From the NCBI GenBank assembly GCA_951406725.2, contig OX597820.1, positions 112,220,001 to 112,284,000 of the forward strand: a stretch of 64,000 nt of DNA, given 5' to 3'. A program made the translations under genes and the position numbers. Numbering within the stretch: position 1 is the first letter of the stretch; each line of letters opens with the position of its first letter. Below the pieces are notes generated by a model. It searched no databases, was not told the DNA's origin, and was given only the letters and a program-made list of their open reading frames with translations. The stretch is from Octopus vulgaris (lineage: Eukaryota). Of this stretch, positions 48,481 through 62,920 are shown piece after piece.

Positions 48481-48588
48481 CACCGTGACCGACCAGGCTA
48501 TCAGATGTTGCTATACATTGCTGGTCACAATGCGCTTCGCATTGTTTTAGCCTTCAAATGACGCCACCCCGCTGGCTAAGCAGGCAGG

Positions 48589-48592
<4 letters not shown>
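48481..48592 (-). mobile_element. 3' fragment of SINE family C
   Basis: Matches 8135-8247; lies between TA tracts. Confidence 0.9.
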
Positions 48593-48645
<53 letters not shown>

Positions 48646-49374
48646 GTATGTATGTATAGGAGAGAGAGAGATCTGTGTGTGTATCTACATAATGCAGTAC
48701 ATTATATCTTATTCATAGACTGAAACATCAGTAACCCAGACTTCCACACAGTTCACCTCTGTTACGCAATAAGCTTGAACCCGGCACCCTACGATTGCAA
48801 AGCGAACTACTTTAGCAGTTTGCTATGTTGTGTTCGGACATCTGAACATACCGACAGACTTCTCACGTTTGTTTCTTTTACTCCTCACTACCATAACCAA
48901 TTTTTTCTTTTTGTTATGCTTTTTCCGATGTTTTCATTTTCTTCTGCTCACCCCTCTATCCCAAGTTATCTTACTATCCAATTGTGTAACCTCACCTATC
49001 TGCTCAGTAATGAATGACTGACTTCACACCGGTTTAAATAGTTACTGTCAATGTATTGTTACCGTAATGGTCTTTCAAGTTTTTTTCCCCTTTTTTTTCT
49101 CATTTCCGTTAAATCTGCTTCTTTATTTCTTTTCACTTTTCCATTTCTTACTGTTAAGTCGGTCATCGTCATCAGCTGCTATTATCTTGTTGTATCCATG
49201 TGAGATAACCACCCGTCTGTGTGACTGTGTTTAATATTATATATATATATATAGCGCACAGACATGGTGTCAATTGGTAAGACTAGGTTAGTTTGTATCA
49301 GGGCAGGTAGCCAAGCAGCATCACTCCGCTCATCTCATTCAGCTGTGTATCGTCGTGATGTAATCTCTTTAACA

Positions 49375-50504
<1,130 letters not shown>

Positions 50505-51956
50505 GGTGTTTCGGATGGAGATGCTGTGCCTCTATCTTTTTCCTTAGTGCTAATATTGGTTGTGGCCGTAGTAGTGGTGATTAATAATATAATATATTTC
50601 GTTGATGATGACGGTAATGTTGTTGTTCCACTTCTCGACCAATCACCGATTCGCATTGTTTCTATTTAACTCCGCCTATTAATATTTGAACATTTATTTT
50701 CTTAATTTATTCACGCTACAGTCCCTCACTCCTCCATTCAATCTTTTGCTCTTTCGGAATATTATTTAATCGGTCTATTTAATTGTCTTTCTCTTATTCT
50801 TCTCCCCTCTTTCTCTCGTATTTCTGTCTCTTTCGCCTTCTCTTTCTGTGTCTCCCTCTTTCTTTTGTATACTTTTCTACGCCTTTCTCTGCTTGTTCTT
50901 CTTACTCTCTTTATCCTCTACATGTCTTGCTTTCTGTCTTCTCTTTAATTCTCTAATGCCTCTTTTATAGTCCTTCTTCCCCGTCCCCGTGTCTGTCTTG
51001 CTTACTTTCTTCTCTGTCTCTCTTGTTCACCTCCCTCACCCCCTCTGTCATTTCTAATTAGTCTCAATTCATTCCCCCCTTTCTCCTCTCATATCTCCCC
51101 ACCACCACCATTACTCTGGTTTCTGGCGTGATATTTTTATTAACACCTGTTTCTTTGACCCGGTTTACTCTCTCTTTAACCCGTCTTCGGTGAAATTACT
51201 TCGTATATTTACACCCGAGTCTCTCCCTTCCTTATTCTCCAGATTAACTTTACTTACCGAGTGACAGAAACCTCTTAGTGGTCGCTCGACCTGCTAGAAG
51301 TAGCCAAATCTTTACCATCTTAAAATCAGAAAACCTTGTTTGCATAATGTAGTCCTAGTCATCAAATTAATTAGATAGGGAAGTGTTTAAAATTTTTATT
51401 AAGACGACTCCCATAAAAATCAGATGATTGCTGTGACTGGTGAAAACACGACTTGTTTCAGTGTTATTAGACTCCTTCAGCGAATAATTTTAAACAGCTA
51501 AGACTTTAGGGGTGTCCAACACACACACACACACACACATACGCACGCACACGTATATAAAAGAATAATAGTGCAGAGAGAAATAACAGGGACATTCTAT
51601 TTTAGTACTAAAATATAAATATGGTCTCGTGTAATATTAGTAAGCTGCTGCTGTTGTTACTACTACTACTACTACTACAACATGACCTGTCCTCACCTAT
51701 CCCAACCATCACAAGTAATTTTCCTGCCCATGTTCAGTCGACGTTTTTTTAATGTTTGCTCTTTTCACTGATTTTGGGATGAAATAACAAATCAGTGAAA
51801 GGATAAATACAACTTCTAGGAGCTGACTAAATGGATATCATAGAAATACTAAACAGCGGTGGGATGGGTGCAATGCAAGATAAACTTAGGAGTGTGTTTT
51901 TAGTAAACATACGTATATTTCTGTCTGTATTTACTCTATGTATGTATGTTTTATAA

Positions 51957-52145
51957 GGCTGAAAATTTCACAAACTGTTAATCAGAGTTCTTTGTAAGCA
52001 ATCATCAGACACTTCTGTCTGATGATTAGTTTATATGAAACTCAGAATAATAGCTTAGGTTTTTCAGCTCCAGCGAAACAATATTTTACTCTACCTTTGG
52101 TTTTTGGATTACTGTTTCTTTCTGCCTTGATTTGCATCTATGCTT
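51957..52145. mobile_element. Older head-to-head inverted Penelope-like terminal repeat with decayed hammerheads
   Basis: Central hairpin AATCATCAGACA-cttc-TGTCTGATGATT (52000-52027) and outer GCTGAAAA/TTTTCAGC. Both arms read tgtCTGATGA..GA(A)ACTC.GA outward. Confidence 0.6.
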
Positions 52146-52828
52146 TCACACATGCGTGTGTATGTCCCTCTCTTTAAGTTATTATGGGAGCAGATTCTGT
52201 TTGAAGAAAGTGTGGTGAACTATCAGCTATCAACACTAGAATTAAGCAAGTCGGACTTTTACTTTTCTTAGGAATTCAACAATATTCATTGTTGAGGATA
52301 TTTAGTAATATGAAGAAGGATTGATGCAATGTAACAATTCCCTTCCATTCTTAAGCTGGAATGGAAGATAAATAAAACTTTTTGTATCAGTTCCGACATT
52401 AGATAAGATGACACTAGTTGCAGTGAATAACAATTGGGTCAAGCTAAATGCTACAACCAGAGAAGTATGTTTAGATATATATATATATATATATATATGA
52501 GGATAAGATCGATATTTAAATACCGATCTTATCAGGTGACCAGCATGGGAATTTCTTATGCAAAGTCAGAAATCCAGGATCTAGAATTATCCAGTAATTT
52601 TTTTGCTAGTTTATTTTGTCTCTTTTTCTTCTCTCTTGGTGCTGTATGAACATTTAATGTGGTTTTAGAGTCAAGTTTTGGCTGCTATTTCCAGCATAGA
52701 GGTATTTCTTAGATACCCTAAATTATAATTTTATATATGTATATATATGTATATAGCTGCATGTGAAAGTGAGAATGACCATACTAAGTTTCCTTATTGT
52801 TTGGAACATTTACATTTACATAGAAATC

Positions 52829-53239
52829 TTTACTTGTTTCAGTCATTAGACTGCAGCCTTGGATCACCACCTTGAAGAATTTTTGATTGAATGAATTGAC
52901 CTCAGTATTTATTTATTTATTTATTTTTTAAAGCCTGGTACCTGTTGTATTGGCTTGTATTGCTGAATTGCTAGGTTATGGCAGTGTAAACACACCAAAC
53001 ACTGGTTGTCAAGTGGTGACAGGAGGGGACAAAGACACACAAATGCACGCACGTGCACACACACACACACACACGAGACGGGCTTCTTTGAGTTTCAGTC
53101 AACCAAATCCACTCACAAGGCCTTTGTCAGCTCGAGGCTTTAGTAGAAGACACTTGTGCAAGGTGTCACACAGTGGGACTGAACCTGGAACCATATGGTT
53201 GGAAAGCAAGCTTCTTACCACACAGCCGCGCCTGCTCCT
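52829..53239 (-). mobile_element. SINE family A variant
   Basis: CCAAATCCACTCACAAGGCC..GAAGACACTTG..CAGTGGGACTGAACCTGGAACC..CTTACCACACAGCC. Confidence 0.88.
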
Positions 53240-54259
53240 ATATCTACAAGAATTATTAGAATAAAACAGCATACATGGAATAGTGATTGTGACTTTAGTG
53301 ACTTGAAAATCATTTCATGTTTATTGAAGACAGAATAAATGGTAAAAGTGAGAAAACTCTATCACAAAACTGACCGACAGAATGCTGTCTTACTCCCAAA
53401 GTTCTCTGTGAGGTCAATGTTCCAACTTGTTATAACATTTAGTCAAGCTTCTAGAACCCTCAGCAGAACTATTTGGTGGGAAGATTCACAAAATTTACTT
53501 TCAAGCCTACTGCTTGTTTGCTTACATTGAATGATATTCATGTAGGTGTTAATGTTTCATTGCAAACACAGTCAATTTCTTGTCTTTGAATTTTATGGCA
53601 CTATATTTTGGTCCTGATCCTAAACTGCGAAGTCTAAGTGAAATAGTTCAAAACTTGGCAAAAGCTTGGCTTTAACTATTATTTGGCTGCTAAATCTAGA
53701 GATTCTCTTACAGACTTATGGAATTGTACATATAGCTAAGAGAATTATCCTTGTAAATGATATTTTTAGTAGAGATAATGATAATCACTAAATGAGTGTC
53801 ACTTAGGGGGCAGCTATTGGGTTACCTAAGAACAATAAATGGCAATTGTATTTGTCCATTGTTCCAGCATTTTCTTCAGATACGCTGGCTAGAAGTTGAA
53901 AATTTGATGTCATAAACACCTTTACTTAATGTAACTGAGGAGCATTGTGGTTTAAGTGGTTAAGTTCCAAGTGAGACGATTCTGTGATAGAAATTTGATA
54001 CCTGGTTGTATTATTTCTCTTTTTATGAATGTTCATGGAATAATCATGAATGTTACAAATCCCTCTCTTCCTGAAGTTTATAGAGTTGATTGCTTATTGA
54101 TACCTCTGGTCAAGAAAGGTCAATATAATAGCCATTGTTTTATATAACAGCTACAGAAGCAGTTCTGATGGGGAGGAGGAATACTGAATTGGTCCAACAT
54201 AATGTAAAACAACATGCAAATTAAAGCTCAAATTCTATAATCGACATATATTATACTCC

Positions 54260-54331
<72 letters not shown>

Positions 54332-54457
54332 GAACTACATGATATATGTAGTTTCCGTCTATATATATATATATATATATATATACAGGAACTACATGAT
54401 ATATGTAGTTTCCGTCTATATATATATATATATATAACAGGAACTACATGATGTATG

Positions 54458-54503
<46 letters not shown>

Positions 54504-54656
54504 CATACATACATACATCATGTAGTTCCTGTATGGTTAAGAAATTCTCTTTGTAGTTACAAGGTACCAAGTTCAATTCTATTGTCCGGCATCATGGGTA
54601 AATCTAGTTTTCTAAAGCCATGAGTCAATTGAAACCCTATTGAATACAATAGAGGT

Positions 54657-54707
<51 letters not shown>

Positions 54708-55124
54708 TGTGTATGTGTGTATGAGAATCTCAAATCTCACAGATGCATGAAATTACAAGATCAACATTTATTTAGAAAACCTTTTTGGGAACCAATGCCT
54801 TTTGTAAATTAAGGAACATAAAGAGATTTCAACAAAAAACCCAAAAAAAACAACAACAAAAAACAAATTAGCATCTCTGTTCATCTTCTAAAGCAGATGA
54901 CTTCACCTTCACTAAGGCATCTTAGTCAACTTCCTGCTTTTCACATGTCCTCAAATCATTATTTGTGGTGGGTCAAAGAAACAAAAGAAGACTTTACATT
55001 TAAAATTTTTTAACAGGATCAAGATTGGGTCTGTTTGATTGGATGACATTTAATCATAAAAAAAGAAGTCAAAAGTTAAAATTTCATAATTTCATAAAGG
55101 CATATTTCTTATTATTAAGATGGC

Positions 55125-55315
55125 ACAATTATTAGTATGCTAGGCAGAATGCTTAGTGGTATTTTGTCTGTCTTTATGTTCTGAGTTCAGATTTTGCTGA
55201 GGTCAACTTTGCCTTTCATCCTTTCGGAGTTGATAAAATAAGTACCAGTTGAGTACTGGGGTCAATGTAATTGACTCCCCCCCCATTGCTGGCCATGTGC
55301 CAAAATTTGAAATTT
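55125..55315 (+). mobile_element. SINE family B (CpG-decayed)
   Basis: GTTCTGAGTTCAGATTTTGCTGAGGTCAACTTTGCCTTTCATCCTTTCGG. Confidence 0.8.
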
Positions 55316-56624
55316 TTTATTAATGATAATAATAATTTCTCCAAAAATGGACATGACTTTTGTAACTTAGAATGAAGAACAACATCTAAAATTTTTCTAA
55401 AAGAATCAGTCTCAAGAACGATTTTTCAATTAAATCAACTCCAGTTCATACGTTGACTGCCAGTCATTGTATTGGCTCTTGATGATGAAAGGCAAAGTGG
55501 ATTTTGATAGTAACATAAAGGAATGTAACTAAATACCTATAATCAATAACACTAAAAGTAATAATGAGCCAGGTCAAGAGATTACATAGAGCCTTGTTGA
55601 AGTCTCATCCTGCTTGAGTGAAAGCAAATACTCAGGTGAGACAAAAAGGTAAAAAAAATTGTATCCTTGAGCAAAGATTTAAAACTGATGTCAAATTTCC
55701 ATGGGATTATCATTAGAGTTGTTGATATGGAGGAGTGTGTCTGTTGAAATCATGTATAATAATCATTACACTTAATCATTTAAGTGTAATGAAGTGACTT
55801 GGGTTTCAGTCTCATCAGGTTGTTATGTAAAAAGATTGAAAAAAATGAACATGACAACCTGGATGGAAAACAATAGGTACGTTAATTTAACATCTTCAAT
55901 GCATGGTGCATTGAGCTAATTTGGCAGTGAGTGTGGGGAAAAATATTAGTCAGTGGCTGTTATTATTTTTAGGCAAGTATGATGAGGAAGCAACTCTGTT
56001 TTTTTTTTTTTTTGGTCTTATTCTAATCTCATCAGCAAAGCTTAGACTCCTTTTTTTATTCTTGAATTATTTTTAGGTAGTTTCTTAATGTATTGGAGTG
56101 ATTTGATCAATTAATTAAACCTTTTAATTGCAGTGCTCTAGTGTGGCCACAGTCAAGTGACTTAAACCAATAAAAATATGTGGGAGAGGATTAGTCGATT
56201 ACATCGACTCCAGTGTTTCACTGGTACTTAATTTATCAACCCTGAAAGGATGAAAGGCAAAGCTGGAAGAAATGCTGTGATGCATTTTGTCCTCATGCTA
56301 ACAAGTCTGCCAACTCACCACCTATACAACAACAGCTACAATAATAATAATATTAGGGCAAAGAAAATGTGTTCACTATTGAAGAATTTATCAGAAATGG
56401 AATACTATGCTTTACAGTAGTATATCAGAGAAGAAAACTATTCTTACGAGTATATATCTTTGAAAAATACACAACCAAGCCTTTATCTTTTTCTTACTTT
56501 GCATCTGCCTGCTAGGTTCTGTTGAATTTGCATTCTTCGTAGGTCAGTAAAATCGTTTGTACAATGAGGTAAAATATATTTCCGAATGGTCCACTTGTTG
56601 CTTAATTTAATTCCACTACCCATA

Positions 56625-56786
56625 GGCATAGGAGTGGCTGTGTGTTAAGTAGCTTGCTTACCAATCACATGGTTCCAGGTTCAGTCCCACCCTGTGGCAC
56701 CTTGGGCAAGTGTCTTCTACTATAGCCTCGGGCCGACCAAAGCCTTGTGAGTGGATTTGGTAGACGGAAACTGAAAGAAACCTGTC

Positions 56787-56827
<41 letters not shown>

Positions 56828-57012
56828 TGTCCCCAATTATCGCTTGACAACCGATGCTGGTGTGTTTATGTCACCATAACTTAGCGGTTCTGCAAAAGAG
56901 ACCGATAGAATAAGTACTAGGCATACAAAGAATAAGTCCTGGGATCAATTAGCTCGACTAAAGGCGGTGCTCCAACATGGCTGCAGTCAAATGACTGAAA
57001 CGAGTAAAAGAG
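56625..57012 (+). mobile_element. SINE family A, full length
   Basis: Collinear with the 9164 copy. Confidence 0.95.
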
Positions 57013-57439
57013 TACCCTCTTGATTCATGAATATTTTCCATGGAGTCTTTTATATTAAATTGTTTTCAAAATTCTTCCAATGAAATTGTATTCTCTCTAG
57101 TTGTAATTTTAATTGCTTGCACAAATGTTCTTTAAAAAAATAATAAACCTTTGGAGTAGCAATTGCTTTTTTGTTCATATATATATGACCTTCACATTTT
57201 CGCATGGGTTACTACGTGCAGCTGGATAAACAAGACTGGTCGCAAAAGTAAATAAAAATCTTTGAAAAGAAGGCCATTTGTCTTGCATTACTTTTCTACA
57301 GCCAAGCAGAAATAGATCGACAAACTAATCTTTAAAATGTATTATTCACTCATGCTTTTCTTTTAGCTTATGAAAATTCTGGTAGAGGGGATTCTGTGTC
57401 AGTTGTATATTTATGGGTATCAATGTGAAAGTTATCTCT

Positions 57440-57635
57440 AAAGTGGGGAGCAGACAGAATTGTTAGCCCATTAGACAAAAAGCTTGTAGCATTTTGCTCA
57501 TCTTTATGTTCTAAGTTCAGGTCATCTTCGCCTTTCATCCTTATAAAACAAGCACCAGTCGAGCACTGGGGTCACTAATTGGCTTACCCATTGTGCCAAA
57601 GTTGCTGGCATTGTGCCAAGATTTGAAACTAATAT
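57440..57635 (+). mobile_element. Diverged SINE family B with 12-bp TSD
   Basis: AAAGTTATCTCT at 57428-57439 and 57636-57647. Confidence 0.75.
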
Positions 57636-58739
57636 AAAGTTATCTCTTTCAACATTTTAAATCCATTTGAATTTATTTTTCTCTGTCACATAGACTTTTG
57701 AAGGCATTCTTTCCTAGAATAGGTTTTTTTCATCAACATTGGATATTTGTATAGTATATTTTTAAATATTGGGATATCATCCTGGTGTATTTTTGTTGGT
57801 ACCTGCAGCCTCCCCTGCCATATGAACACCGAATTCTTGTAACATTTTTTAGTCTCTCAAATATGTCAGAGCTATCTGTAATACTTTCTGCAGTTCTTAC
57901 TAGAAAATAATTTTCTTTAATTACAGAAAAGGTACTTAAAGCTTTCAATTTTATAGCCATGGTGCTAAGGAAATTTGATTTTGGTTGCAAGCTTCCATCC
58001 ACAAAGACAAAAGAGTTTCCATTTCAATCATGATTCTGCTTTTATCCCTTGTTTGTGTACCTGAAGTTGATGCAGTTTTACATTTTTTAAATCTTTATAG
58101 TATTTTTTTTTTCTTAGAATTGTTCATACTATTACCTAGTTAATATTTAACATTTTAGCACCTGAACTTTTCTTGTCAGTTTTGCCATATTTTAGTGATG
58201 TTAAAATGCACATTATATTTTGGCATATAATACCAAGGTAGTCAAGGTCAGAGTTGTATAAAGACAATTAGAACAGCAGCTATCCACCGTACAACAACAA
58301 CAACAGCTGCTACAGAATATATTGCTTGTTTGTTGTTTTAATGAACAGTTCTTCCCTCTTATGTCTACATAATGCATAAATATATATTTTGTTTTTTTTT
58401 CAGGATATGGGGTCAGTTGACTTTTTAACATTCTTTCTTAATTTCAAAATTTTTGGAGTCTAGTGTCAGTATATAAACTATGTTGATTTGGGACCCAAAC
58501 ACTTCAAAAGCATGTTAATCAGTGACTTACTGTATCATTTTCTATGAGGATGATGTTTCTGAATTGCTTATTCTATACACAGCTCTATTTTCTTATATCA
58601 ACCCAAGCTCCTACAAAGCTGGTAAGCTATGAAATGTAGTCAATAGGTGATGTGAAATGTTGACTGCAATTCAAACTGCTTATTCAGTCTTTCAGTAATC
58701 TGTTAAATACATATATATGTATGGGATATGGCTATATAT

Positions 58740-59360
58740 CTTCGAACTTTAGGTCTCACTGAGGAAATGACTAGAGACCGAGACCTCTGGAAGTGTGCTG
58801 TGCGTGAGAAGACCCGGCAGAACAAGTGAGTCCATAACCCGTGGCCTTCTACATGGGATGGAGCCAGCCTACGTATGCATACCTTCCCTTCTTGGGACAC
58901 AAAACTCTACTTGTGAAGACCTGTTGAGGCAAGTGAGGATCAGAATCGAAATCGACCAATGGAAATTGCAGATGTGTTACCAGTGCCGGTGGCATGTAAG
59001 AGAACCTTCCGTTTCGCGACCGTTGCCAGCGCCGCCCCGACTGGTCTCGTGCCGGTGGCACGTAAAAAGCACCATCCGTTCATGTTCGTTGCCAGCCTCG
59101 CCTGGCCCTCGTGCCGGTGGCATATAAAAAGCACCATCCGTTCGTGGCCGTTTGCCAGCTCTGTCTGGCACCTGTGCGGGTGGCACGTAAAAAGCACCCA
59201 CTACACTCACGGAGTGGTTGGTGTTAGGAAGGGCATCCAGCCGTAGAAACACTGCCAGATTTGACTGGGCCTGATGAAGCCTTCTGGCTTCACAGACCCC
59301 AGTAGAACCGTCCAACCCATGCTAGCATGGAAAACGGACGCTAAACGATGATGATGATGA
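58740..59360 (+). mobile_element. 3' end of an RTE-clade LINE with (GAT)n tail
   Basis: LRTLGLTEEMTRDRDLWKCAVREKTRQNK* (stop 58827-58829; DR..W motif of RTE C-termini), then a long 3' UTR and GATGATGATGATGA tail. Confidence 0.88.
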
Positions 59361-59446
59361 TATATATATAATATTGTGTGAAATTTGATTTAGTATTTCT
59401 AAATTGAATTTTTTTCCCTGTAAGTTAGGATTAATATTCCCTCAAA

Positions 59447-59496
<50 letters not shown>

Positions 59497-60189
59497 TACA
59501 TATATACATACACACATTTAGTGAATGCAGTATACCTTCCAAGTAACACAATAAAATAAAGAACTAGAGCTTAGAGGAGTAAACTCCTCAGGACTATAGG
59601 CCCTGGCCAACAGACCTACTTACTACACTTTCTCATCTGGCCTGACACCAACAACTACATAATTTTATAAATTTACTTAGTGTTACTTTCCTCATTATTT
59701 CAAGTACAGTAAAATTATGAGGTCAGAATAAGGCAAAATCACGTCCAGAGTTGTTTCCCATATTTGCTGAACCATTGTAGACATTAACTACTGTTGCTTT
59801 TCCCTTGCTGCAGAATTACTTTTCTTGTTAACTCTCTAATGTGCCTTGGATGAAATATGTTAACACTAATGTATCTAATGAAATACAATGACAAGATAGA
59901 TTGGTAACCTACATATAATTAATGTGGTTAGCATTCTAATAGCCAACATTTTTGAGAGAAGACTGAGCAAGAGAAACGCCGAATGAAAATTCTCTGCTAC
60001 TCTCTCCATCTTCTCTCCATACCCGCTGCATCAACCATTTTCTCTCTACATCCCATTAGCCTACATTTCCTCTGCCTCGTCGCGATGCTGCTGCCAAAGT
60101 CGATAGTTTGCTTTTCGCTTTGGTTGAATTTTGGCTTGCTTCTACCAATATAAGCTCTTCAGTTTGGTTATGGTAAGGCAGCAGATGAC

Positions 60190-60800
60190 ATATTATCCCG
60201 CTCTCTTTTCTCCTCTCTCCATTTCTCTCTTTCTTCCTTCCTCTCTTTCTTGTCTTTTGTCTCTGCTTTTTCATTTCTCTCTCACTCAGTCTTTCATTTT
60301 ATCTCTCTTTCTGCAATACAATCTGTTTGGTTTATCCTTCCTCTCTTTCCTTTTGTTTTCATTACTCTTTCACTTTCTTTTCTGTTTTTTTTTCATTCCC
60401 CACTTTAATATCTACTTGTTTTCTTCTCTTTCTCTCTATATTATCTTTTTCTTTTTTCTTCTCTCAATCTCTTTCCTTTTTCCAGTGTTAACTCTTCAGT
60501 TTGGCATGAAAAAGCAGCAGACGACATCTTATTTTTTTCTCTCTTCCATCTCTCACTCCTTTTTCCTTTCTTATCTTCCCTCTTCCTAATTCCCTCTAGC
60601 CTTTACTTTCTTACACCCTTCTCTTATCATCCTAGCTCTTTCTCCTACTCCTCCTCCTCCTTTGTATTTCATTCTACTACTATCACTGCCCTCATCTCCC
60701 CAGTAGCAGATGACGACCTCTTCTTGCCCTCTGCATCTTCATGTTATCATCTCCTTGATAGTGTTTCTCTTTTGTCATCTCTCTCATCATATACCATAAC
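60190..60800. repeat. Pyrimidine-rich (CT/TTC) low-complexity tract
   Basis: Strong strand bias; a similar tract lies at 50750-51110. Confidence 0.85.
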
Positions 60801-62320
60801 ATTTGAGTATTTTGTTGTACTCTAGCCACCAGCACTGTTATCATCTACCACCATCTTCCTGAATCAGTGATGACGAAACTCTATGTGGTCACTTGATCTG
60901 CTAGAAATAGAAACCAAATCTTCTAATCACACCCTAATCTTAGAAGAAGAAGAATACCTTAGATAATGTCATGCTGTGTTTCCTGCACATTACTTGAAAT
61001 CCATTGATCATAGATCTTCCACTTGATTGGAGCCTACCCAGGGCTAAACAGTGACAACAACAACAACAACATTACTATATTACCATCTTCTCAGCTTTGA
61101 TGCCAACATCATTACAGCACTTATCAATATCACCATCACTGAAACCAACATCACCACCAGCCAACAAATGAGCCACTATGCAGTTGCTTGACTTGTTAGA
61201 AATAGCTGTCAAATCTCTCTCAATTCATGCTTATTGTCTTAAGTATGAAACATGCACTGGAGAAAGTAGTCTGGAGTACATGATGCCTAAGAAAACCTCA
61301 CATCCCCATCACATCTATCCCTTCCATTACTGATAATATACTTCGCTACATGAACCAACGATGGCATCTCCTTCAATAATATTGCATTCGACATGCCAGA
61401 AAGAGTTCTCAAATTATATTCTGTTGTTCTAAAGGGGTAAACACATGGCTAATATAGTCCTTAGTAAAATATAAAATATTGGATGGTCTCACAACTGGAA
61501 CACCATTGATCATAGGTCTGCTCAATTAGGGCTGATCTGATTTTTATCAACTAACTGCATGACCACTATTAACACTGATCTACCACCTCCATTGATAGCA
61601 AACTGTACTATTGCTGTGACTGCCTTACTACCACCACAGCTAAATCACAAATTGTACTACCATCTCTGATAGAAAACTGTACCACCACTACTACTGAATA
61701 ACGAACTGTACAATCACCACCCACCACCACCACCACCATTGATGACTGACTTTATTACACCACTTCCTCTGGTGACAAACTATTGTTTACTACACTATCA
61801 TCTTCCCCTGATAACAAACTACAACACTACACTATAACCTCCACTGTCAACAAACTATAACTACCTCTTCCTCTGATAAGACTATTACACAATAACTGAT
61901 CAAGTATATTACCACTAACACTATAATCTCTGCTACCAACATCACCAGTACACCTCCACTGCCACCAATACTGCTGCTTTGACTCAATCATACCTTGTTG
62001 CGTAATAGCCTGACATTCCTCATACCACACACTGCTGTTTTAGGAAAAGGATGCATTGGATAGATACATCTTGGCAAAAAGATAAAAAGGATGGTCATTG
62101 CTGGAATGCCTTTAGATTAGAAAGGTTTGCTTAATCAAATTGCCCCTATAGTGACAACCACTGCAACCACTCTTGCTGAGCATGTGTTATTTTTTCCTGC
62201 CGTCTTTGACTTCGAGATTGATAAGACTATCAGACACATCAACCCCACAGGTCTTGGAGGACCTGTAAAGGGCCTTGGAGGACCTGCAAAGGGCCTTGGC
62301 TGGCAACACTTTTCTGTGAA

Positions 62321-62920
62321 CAAAGGTTTCCCAAACTAGGTTTCTTGGAAAGAATTTTGGGCATCATTGCAGTTCCATCGTATGACACCTTAGGCAAGTG
62401 TCTTCTATAACCCTGGGCCAACCAATGCTTTGTGAGAGGATACGGTATATGGTAACTGTATGGATGCCTGTTGTGTGTGGTGTTTGTATGTGTTTATTCC
62501 CACGCTGCTTGACAACTGGTAATGGTTTGTTTACATCTGAGTAACTTAATGTTTCACCAAAAGGGACCAATAGAATAAGTACTAGACTAAAAATAATATA
62601 ACTGCTGGGGTTTACTGGGCACCACAGCATGGCTACAGTCCAGTAACTGAAACAAGTAAAAGAAAAGAGAATAGAAAAGTCTGTATGAAAAGATGTTTGT
62701 TTAAAAAATTTGATTATTCATTCTATGTAATAATGCTATTCACTATTTTCAAAATAATAAATTATATGTTTTGTATGAATAAATTGTCTCTATAAAACTT
62801 TCTCCTTCATCTTATTAAAATAAGGATGCTGGGGGTTATCCATAAAAAAAATAGATGGGTTTGGGGATATTTTTAAAAATTGTATAAGGTTCAATGATAA
62901 AACAAGTTTGGGAACCACTT
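62321..62920. mobile_element. hAT/Charlie-like MITE containing a diverged family A SINE (~62364-62677)
   Basis: Ends CAAAGGTTTCCCAAACT / AGTTTGGGAACCACTT resemble CAGTGGTTCCCAAACT-type TIRs. No clear TSD. Confidence 0.55.

Larger units (their letters stand above)
56530..58210 (-). mobile_element. Decayed Tigger/pogo transposase split by two SINEs
   Basis: Minus-strand motifs in order: IEMETLLSLWMEACNQNQI and STMAIKLKALS (CENP-B-type HTH), HMAGEAAG, QISNVDEKNLF*ERMPSKVY (N.DETGLFW.MP motif), VEK*CKTNGLLFK, RKYILPHCTNDF. Confidence 0.8.

Noticed and set aside
53300-54150. Possible decayed LINE endonuclease on the minus strand (also IIHDFNRH near 55750)
   Set aside because: Only faint, scattered motif resemblances; cannot be called without a profile search.
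55763-55792. 13-bp hairpin (also a 12-bp one at ~51763-51800)
   Set aside because: Short and AT-rich with no context; bacterial terminator logic does not apply.
58980-59200. Regularly spaced repeats suggestive of a CRISPR array
   Set aside because: The spacers resemble each other, and the array lies in an RTE 3' UTR in eukaryotic DNA.
60131-60589. Hydrophobic F/L/S ORF resembling a membrane protein
   Set aside because: Product of a pyrimidine-rich low-complexity tract.
60899-60920. GCTAGAAATAG(C) motif resembling the synthetic Cas9 sgRNA scaffold, many copies
   Set aside because: It is a short GAAA-loop hairpin in the dispersed family D repeat. No other scaffold sequence, spacers or cas genes are present.
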